64,000 bases of DNA from Vicugna vicugna (Eukaryota). This document shows, piece by piece, positions 53,890 through 64,000 of the stretch. The notes below the pieces were generated by a model that was given only the letters and a program-made list of their open reading frames with translations, did no database searches and was not told the DNA's origin. How positions within the stretch are numbered: the stretch's first letter is position 1; the number at the start of each line of letters is the position of its first letter. Where the stretch lies: NCBI GenBank assembly GCA_013265495.1, contig MU058418.1, positions 2,444,917-2,508,916 on the forward strand. Reading direction: 5' to 3'. Both the position numbers and the translations under genes were made by a program.

Positions 53890-54310
53890 TGTATCAGTAA
53901 TCTATTGCCACAATGCTATGTGAAATAATCCACCTCAAAACTTAGGTGTATGACAATAAACATTTATTTTTATTCATGAATTTATAAGTCAGCTGAACGG
54001 TTCTTCTAGACTGGGCTAATTTTAGCTAGGGTTGCTCATCCGTCTACAGTTAGCCAGCAGGTGAGCTTGCAATTGGCTGGTCTAAGCTGGCCTCAGTTGG
54101 GATAGATCTCTGCATGAGATTTTTGAACTTCTAGCAGACTGGGCTGAGCTTACTTCTGCCACATGCTTTTGGCCAAAATAAGTCTCAAGGACACTCAGAT
54201 TCAAAGAGGTGAGAATAGAACCTGTCTCTTGATGGGAAGAAACTGAGAATTGCATTGCAAAAGAGGTAGAAGCAAAGATGAAGATTACAGTCCCTTTTAC
54301 AAACTATCAA
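53890..54310 (-). mobile_element. MaLR solo LTR (MLT1H/J-like)
   Basis: TGTATCAGtaatctattgccacaatgct...cctcaaaacttagg...ttggccaaaataagtc...cagattcaaagagg...tctcttgatgggaagaa. Confidence 0.8.
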
Positions 54311-54669
54311 AACCCCATTTAGTCTTTTCTTCAGACTAAATAATTTGATATTGATGCTGCTCTCCCTCTATCCCTGAATCTGGACTGTGTAAATGTTAAC
54401 AACTCATTTTACCACTGCAAAATGTAGTTTCAAGAATGCTGTTATAATGAAGTCAAAGTGTGCTGAAATTAGAGAGCAAGGTGAGATTTTAATTCAAGAG
54501 TGTAAGGAGTTGAAAAATACTGATTTTTTTTTTTACTTTAGGATATACATATAATATAAAAGCAAGCTTACATACTAGGCAATTTAAAATTTTTCATTTA
54601 CTATTTAGTTTACTTTATATTACTTGATAAACTATCAGAAATAGTTTTATTCAAAGAGGAAACACCCAT

Positions 54670-55384
54670 GAACCTTTAAAATGAACCATTTATTAAATCA
54701 GACTGTTACTCTTAACAGTTAGGTAAGTTACAATGGTTTATGTCCGAGTATTTCACATGGAAAAATTTTAAACTCTTATAGGCAAGCAAAATTGTACCAC
54801 ACAATATATAAGTAGGAAGGGGATACTGCTAAACATTCAAATAAGGCAAGTATTTAAAAACAATAAAACAATAATTAAAAAAAAATTCAAGCATTCCTTT
54901 AAGAGAATTCAATGCTACAAGCTAAATGTACTTATCTGAGTGTGTTCATATAATCAAGGCAGTGTTTCTTCTTTTAAAACGTAAGGAAATGGAATAAGGC
55001 TCATTAATAGATACAGCTGCCCTCAAGATTTTTAATCTCAGTTGCTTTCTTTAAATTAAAATTCACAAAGTGCACAATTAAGATATATCAAAAAACTGAA
55101 TCTGCTACTCTAACAACAGCTGTCCATGCTTAATACTTAGTGGTTTATTTGACCAAATTATGTCTTTTTCAGGGAAAAATAAAAAAAGATAAGCCACTGT
55201 AAAACATTTAGTTGGAAACATATGCTAATATTTTTCTTAGAAATCAAATATTATGGTGGAAAAGGGTTATTTACCTTAAGGAAAAGAAAGCAAAACACTG
55301 GAATGACCAAACATTTTCAAAGAACAAGCACCACAAAGGACATTTGCATTCAGTTTTGTAATATTTATCAATGCATTTTTTTTC
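54670..55384 (-). other. WASF1: WASF1 3' UTR (~710 nt, AU-rich; 3' end approximate)
   Basis: Repeat-free AU-rich sequence between the stop codon and an AATAAA that is followed by a GU-rich element. Confidence 0.8.
54689..54694 (-). terminator. Probable main polyadenylation signal AATAAA of WASF1
   Basis: TTTATT on the plus strand. Downstream on the minus strand is GU-rich GGTTCATGGGTGTTTCCTCTTTG. Further AATAAA hexamers at 55144-55149 and 54646-54651. Confidence 0.75.
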
Positions 55385-55597
<213 letters not shown>

Positions 55598-56442
55598 TTA
55601 TTAGATATTATTAATATAATAAAATCAAATACACATGAAAAATACTAGCAGAAAAATAAAAAGCAAGATCTATTAAAAAGAATTTGAAGGAATCATATTT
55701 AGAGGGACACTAATTCTTTTATCATGTTATCATCTGTGATATTACTTGGTGACTAATCACATATCCCAGTGGACATCTATAGTTTGTTTAGCCATATGTT
55801 CTATTCTGCTTCCCTACTCACTATTCCCTAAATTTTAACCAGGTAATACATTTCTTTTGTTTGTTACCTGTACAGTCAAATAAATTAAACACTGTTGAGG
55901 GTATTTTCTATGGTTTTATTCTCCCCAGTACTTGAGAGGAAGGCAATACTACATTCTGTCTGTTAGTGCCTGGCGTATAGTAGGTGCTTATGAAATGTTG
56001 GCTGAATAAATAAATGAATATGACAAGTCTTTCCTTTGTTACTAAGGGAGGAAACTTAATCCTTTAAAGGCATTGGTAGAGCAAGTGTCACTTATACATC
56101 AAACTGACAGCCTTAACACTGAAGAAAATGCCACTTTTAAAGGAGTTAATTATACATATTAAATATAAGATGAAGGGTTTTAACTAAGTTTTCTATAATG
56201 TTTAGTCTGATACTTTTAGTTTCTCATTCATTCAATTAACGTTTTAAGAAACTCTACTAGTATGAAAATAAAATAATTAATGTGATATATTTTCTTGAAA
56301 ATGACTTAAAATATAAATCAAAGTTTTACTTTCCAAAGATCATTTGTGTAAAAACATGATTATCTAAAATTTTATAAATGAAGACAACATTACTGTCTCA
56401 AATATTTAGAAAGTTTCTCATGCTATCATAGCAACACATTTA

Positions 56443-57159
<717 letters not shown>

Positions 57160-57200
57160 TTATCAGTAATTACATCAAGGTAGATGCATTCACATGTTCC

Positions 57201-57240
57201 TATGAGACTGACGCACTGCCTACTGCGCTAAGAAGGCACT
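57201..57240 (-). pseudogene. Tailless retropseudogene: 5' half of elongator tRNA-Met(CAT), nt 1-37 plus 3 extra 5' nt, flanked by a 17-bp TSD
   Basis: Minus strand reads agt-GCCTTCTTAGCGCAGTAGGCAGTGCGTCAGTCTCATA, matching the mammalian tRNA-Met 5' half through the CAT anticodon. Exact direct repeats CATTCACATGTTCCTAT at 57187-57203 and 57241-57257. Confidence 0.92.
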
Positions 57241-58012
57241 CATTCACATGTTCCTATAAAAATTCTTCAGCAGTATTTAGAATACAATGAGAACTAAAAG
57301 TACACTAACAAGAAAAGTAATACATGGTGCTTTAATTTGTAATATTCTAAATGGTCTCATCCTCTCATGCAACTTTCATATGCACTCAAGCATTTTATGC
57401 TTATTTTGATAAATAAAGTGCTCAATTTTACACTCTGATATGAGTCTTTGTAATGATACAACACTTCTTAAATTACAATATTTGTAGCAATACCTGTGGC
57501 CCATACAATACTGTATTTATATTGAAGCTATTGAGACTCATCATATGTCATTTCAGTTAAATCAATGACAACTAATTACAAACCACAAAAGGAAATTTAT
57601 GGCCCTCTTCCTTGCTGAGGGTGGAACATCAAATAAGTCAGTGATATAAGGTTGATTTTTTAAACTGAAAATTGTAATACTGATCTCTGTTTCTCTATTT
57701 TAAAAAACTGCAAAGTGGATAACAATGGACAAAATTAAACTTCAAAATAGCTTTACTGGAAGATTATTAGCAGCAATTATCTATTCTCCCTCAAATTCTT
57801 AGAATATTTCCCCTAATATCAAATTTAACATTTATAATCACATCCTTGGTTCCCATTTCTTAGTCCCTAATAACCACATTCCAAAAATTCTTAATTTTTG
57901 TTCATATATTGCACATCATGTGCTTGATACAGAAAACTATAATAAAATGAAAGACACTTTAATGTTTAAATTCTCATTAACTAAATTTTCCCAAGAGAAT
58001 GTCAGCTCTTGT

Positions 58013-58217
58013 CAGAGGCTGGCAAATTATGCCCCAAAGGCCAAATCTGACCCACTCGGGTTTTTATAAATAAAGTTTTGTAGAAATGCAGATTTATGTA
58101 CATAGCTGCTTTCATGCAACAATGGCAGAGTTAAGTGGTTGTGACAGAAACCACACACCCACAAAGCCTGAAATATTTACTATATGGGCCTTTAAAGAAA
58201 AGGGTTACCAACCTCTG
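58013..58217. mobile_element. MER58A (hAT-Charlie MITE) in a WASF1 intron
   Basis: CAGaggctggcaaattatgcc..aaggccaaatctgaccc...taaataaagttt...cccacaaagcctgaaatatttactat..ggccttta...ccaacctCTG. Confidence 0.88.
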
Positions 58218-58230
58218 AGAGAAAACATCA

Positions 58231-58449
<219 letters not shown>

Positions 58450-60017
58450 TCAGTGTATTTTTCTTGAATTATTGGTGAAGCGTTCTTTATGAGATATTTA
58501 AGGTTTATCCTTTGAATGCCAATATTTTAACTACTTTTAAGAAACTTCTTTCAGAAATTTATTACATTCATCCTGCTTTTAAAACACAGAATGCTGCTCA
58601 CAACGCACTTTCCTTGCTGATTCAGGTTATTACGATGGCCTTCAGTTATTTCATTATTTTATAGTATAAAATGAATTCAATTCACAAGGGTGAAGAGTAT
58701 TACATATATAATCTTATAAATAAGAAAATAATGAATTTTTAGCAAATTTGTTCAAAGTGGTCTGCCTCTATTTAATTTTTTTCTTTACAAAAAGATGCCA
58801 ATGACAAAAAGCTAGAATATGAAAACTGGAATTTTTTACTGCCAGGATATCCTGTTGCTCTCTTAAAACTAAATGACTTCCAAATGTCTTGTACCTAAGG
58901 GAGAAAGGCCTCCCTGATACCAGTAGCACAGAGATGGCTAACTACATTGTTTTTGTCTTTTTCCTGTTTTCTAAGGTGCTAGGGTACTCAGAAAATAGCT
59001 GAGTAAATAATAACATAAAACTTAAGTCAGATATAAGCAAAATCTTAGATACACTGAGCAAGACATAAACATTTACTGACTGTAGTGTATGCTAGGGACA
59101 AAGATGGATTTAAAAGATGTACACAAAGCAAACCAGAAAGTACTATATTTACACTATCAGGTCAGCTAAATACCTTAATCATTTAACAGTAGTAGAAATG
59201 TTTGTCTAGAAATTATTAATTTAAAAAAAAATCAATTCTTTCGGTCTCCTTCTTTTAATACTGCATATGGATAGTATCTTGCATATTACTCCTAAAATAG
59301 GCCAAGATATTTTATACTTATGGCCTAACAATTTACACGTATTATTCAAAAGAAAATCTTAAAGTTCTTTTCCATTCAATCAGTAATTATAAAATATATA
59401 ATAATAACTATAATCAACTGTAAGTAAATTTCTTCACAGAGAGATGCTAATATGTTTCTTAGTGTAGCATGTTAGTTAGATGGGGCCCCTGGCTACTCAA
59501 GAAGAAACAGGACCTACTGTATATTTCTGCAAAAGGGGATGAGTAATTTTGTTTGAAAGTTCTGACACATCTGAGTGGGAGATGTAGCATAGAAAGGAAG
59601 TCAGGAGAAAGAAAAAGGAACAAAATATAGCCCCTTTTCAACTCCTATTTTATATATAGTGAATCAATAGTACTTCAAACAAAACAAAACAAAACACCTC
59701 CAGACCCTGTTACTGTATTATAAAATTCTAGCCGACTCTGCCTGAACTATTGAGAGGGAGTTGAGACTTCACATGAAAGCTAAAACAACCCTGAAGATCA
59801 TCTACTCCAAACACTTCTTCCTACAGATGACAAAACTAAAGTCCAAGTATGAAAACGACCTGCCCAAGATCAGACTTCAATAGGGAAACAGTGGTCAGGG
59901 TTTCAAAATCAACTAAAACTTTATACAGTAGAGTCTGTCAATTCAACAGTTCAGGACCTAAGACTTAGAGCTACAGGTATTAGAAATAAAGTCAGTGTTT
60001 TACCATTAATTTTGTTA

Positions 60018-60215
<198 letters not shown>

Positions 60216-60869
60216 CTATAACAGATGTATTGAAACAAAGCCAAATGCTGAAATGCTACATTTTAAAAAAGAGGTTATAATAATCAAAATAGAATTCTAA
60301 CATCAATATTGAAAAAGACAATGTTATCATAATACAGTAAAAGTAACAGAGACAATTCATTTGTGCATTCAGAACTAAGTTAGCTAGTTTGCTTGTAATC
60401 ACAATTTCTCATGTTTTTGAACCTCCAATTGGAATTGATACAGCAGATAAAAATAGTATGCCTAAATAATAAAACTTTACGTTAGAAAGTCCTGTCAGAT
60501 GAAAAAAGATGCAACTTTGCTCCCACATCTATCAGTTTTTGCTACAATGAGTGAAATTTCTATCATTAATGGTAACTGTCTACCTCTAGCCAAAAGGTGA
60601 AAATTTACTAAGGTTATGTTAATCTGACAAGTAATTAATTATGTAGCCCATACATTAGAAAAAAATCCAATTACCCAGTTAAAACATAATAACTATATCA
60701 TTCAATAGAAAACAGGGTATTTGAAAAAAATGATGCAAACTGTGAAAGAAAAAGCATAGAAAGGTCTAGGGTAGGTGTAACAAGTCAAATTCCAAAGAGG
60801 CCAAGCAAGTAACATGAATAAAAAGAGTCAGGTATAAGATAAGGCCTGCAGTGAACTAGACTGGTATGT

Positions 60870-60975
60870 CCATCTAAGGCATTCCAAATAAAAATTTTAA
60901 AACCACTGTGTTTGTCAAACAAAACACTGCTTGCTGGCTTAGTCTGGGCTACCAGTCACCAGTTTGCAAACTCTG
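60870..60975 (-). mobile_element. hAT-Charlie fragment (MER102-like terminus)
   Basis: cactgtg...caaacaaaacac...caccagtttgcaaactCTG. Confidence 0.55.
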
Positions 60976-61608
60976 GCTAGAACACTGGTACATTGTCTAG
61001 TGCAGAAAATAATGACATGTAGGCATTGTGGAGAAGAGCAGGGAGAGAAGAGATAGCTACAGGAGAAACAGAGGAATTATAAAGACAGATGCTGCCTCCT
61101 CCATAATTCTGCCTACATCCAACTTTGTCTTCTCCTTCTGTATCTCTAGTTATCATTAACATGGAATAAAACATATCCAAGTGAATTTTATTAGAAAGCA
61201 GAAATGACAGCAGAGCAGACAGATGATAGGAATTTAGTGAGAATGTAATAACCTTTCCAGAACATTTAGGATATGCTCTATGGTAAGAAAACATTAACTT
61301 AATCTACTTTACCAATATCTGCACAATATTCCTTTGCTTCGTTTTAACAGAATGCCTGTCTCTTCCCTGATCCACTTAATTCCTATTTGTTCTTCAAGAT
61401 TCATTATAAGCTTTGTTGAAGTGTCCCTGTCTTCTGTTTAAAGCAGGTGCTATTTTGTGCCACCCAAACCCTCCATGCATACCTCTGCTAGCATACTTAT
61501 CACACCATATTATAATAACCTAAGTGCTTATTTGCTCCCCATTAGACTGCGATCTTTCTGTGTATTTGACCATATGGACCAAATAAAACTGTCAAAGTAC
61601 AGCATTTA

Positions 61609-61839
<231 letters not shown>

Positions 61840-62868
61840 TTAAAGAGACAATCAGAATTGAAATAATTTTACTACAATTTTTTTCCTCCTACATTAACAA
61901 AATATAGCATGTGTAAAAATACTGACAAAATAAATCAGAATAGGCACCAACAGAACTCACAAATCAGACAGGAAACTAAGGAAAATGGAAAACCAAAAGC
62001 TTTTCAGAGTTAGTGTTAATAATTTAAAGTACAGCTGGACTATTTTCATCCCTAACTTCTACTGAATACCATGTTTTCTAGAAGTCCTGTGGGAAATGCC
62101 AATAATTACAAATGATTCTGCCAAAGGTAAAAGCCTGAAAGGATAATAACATCATTTAGAATAGAGAAATTATACAGGGTGTCTGCCAATACTCTCATTT
62201 ACTAATCATCTTACGAAATCCAAAAAATATCATCGAATAGTCATTCTAGTAGTAAGTTACATCCAATCACTTGCCTACTGACAGATAGTTTCAAATAACT
62301 ATCCAAATACCATTTATCCAGGATATGTATTATACCTCTTAAATGACCCATTTAACAATTCATGTGAAAGACTCCAAAGAAAGGCTTAATAACTCCAGAT
62401 TTTTTTAATGGTAAAAATTTTTTTAAAGAGATATTACATATTCATTATACAAAAATTTAATGCATACAGATCAAGAGTGGACAAGAACAAGAAAGAATAG
62501 TATTTATTTTATTAATGTGGTGGGATTTTGAACTCTTTATTTTTTTCATTCTATCCAATTAGAAATTAAATTAAAAAGACAGTAACAACTTCTTTTCCCT
62601 TCATATTAATATTTGCCATTGGCGTTTTAAAAAAATACATGTTAAAACAACTCCATTGAATAAGTCTTGTCTTTTGTATACCAGAACCTTGGGAACTCAC
62701 CTAGTGAATAAAGCAAAGGTTTTCTAAAGGTGGTGGACAAAGAGGGCTCTATACATCGGTCAGGAGTCCAGTGATATTAAAAATGTTTGGGGATTTAGCA
62801 TTTAAAGGTACACTACTACCTGTTTCAATCTGAAGTCTGAGAAAAATAACTGGCCTTCGTATTTATTA

Positions 62869-63114
<246 letters not shown>

Positions 63115-64000
63115 TTAAAAGTCAGCATGGATCAGAAGGTTCTGACTGTAGTGGCTTATGAATCAGGAACCATATTTTTAATGCTCTATCACTGTATCCC
63201 AAATCAATTTGTGCTTTATTTTCCCAATCAGATGAGTTTTAATGCAGCTTTTGATTTCTGAGGCTCAGAAGGTTCTAATGACACCTGAAGCGTATCCTAC
63301 ATTTCCCATCAAATACATCTTTCTCTTTTCTCTACTTGCCATCCCCAGCTCCCACCAACCTACATTCTTCTCTTCTTTTTTTCTATAATTTTCTTTTCAT
63401 CTCCCTTTATTAATTTCATTTAGCTTATATCAATAACACCGAAGGAATTAAATTATCAGTGGCATGTCAGTGGGCTAAACACACTATTGCCCTCTATGCT
63501 AGGAGACTATAAATATGATAAATGTACTATAAAGTTAAAACAAACTTACTGTAAAGAAAATGAAATTTTCAAGTACCCGGCAGTCTGTATTATTGTTTAT
63601 TTCACTTATCTTTTATCTTCATAAGGACCTCTCCTTAACTAAGCTCTTGAAGACTGAGACTATCTTGTACTTTAGTGTCTTCAGTAACTAGCACAACCCC
63701 ATTATATATATATATGAGGGTTTAAAATAACTTCATTTACTCATTTTCTTTTGGACGGTGAAGCATGTTAAAATAAGAAATGTACCAAAATACTAGATTC
63801 TTAACTCTCAGAGTGAGTTCCTGATATTAAAAAATTAGGCAATTTCTTACATATTTAATATAGCTTAAGTATAGATACTTTATATCATAGAAAGGTCAGT
63901 ACTAAATAATCGTAAAAATTCTTAAATTATTTTTCTCCCTAAAATAATATCTCTTTCATCCTCACAAATAAAACTCACTCAACATGAATGTTTGGATTTA

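Overview
Mammalian genomic DNA, most likely a camelid: it carries a Vic-1-type SINE and a camelid-type L1 3' end, and no Alu, Bov-tA or PRE elements were seen. The right-hand ~9.3 kb holds the last six coding exons and the 3' UTR of WASF1 (WAVE1) on the minus strand. All six exons have AG/GT splice sites and phases that join into one frame, ending ...[10 protein letters not shown]. The gene's 5' part lies beyond the window. The other ~54 kb is intergenic DNA downstream of WASF1 (towards GPR6 by human synteny, from recall). It is dense in MIR, L2, L1, MaLR/ERVL LTR and hAT/Tigger fossils and holds two orphan CpG-rich promoter-like islands (~6.84-7.11 kb and ~24.04-24.50 kb). The best hidden signal is a tailless, TSD-flanked retrocopy of the 5' half of tRNA-Met(CAT) in a WASF1 intron (57187-57257). 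Also notable are a three-level nested insertion with an unidentified poly(A)-tailed 280-bp passenger (~20.9-21.5 kb), an L1/ERVL/L1 deletion chimera and several template-switch footprints. I found no convincing novel protein-coding system. Repeat family names and most repeat boundaries come from recall of consensus sequences and are approximate.
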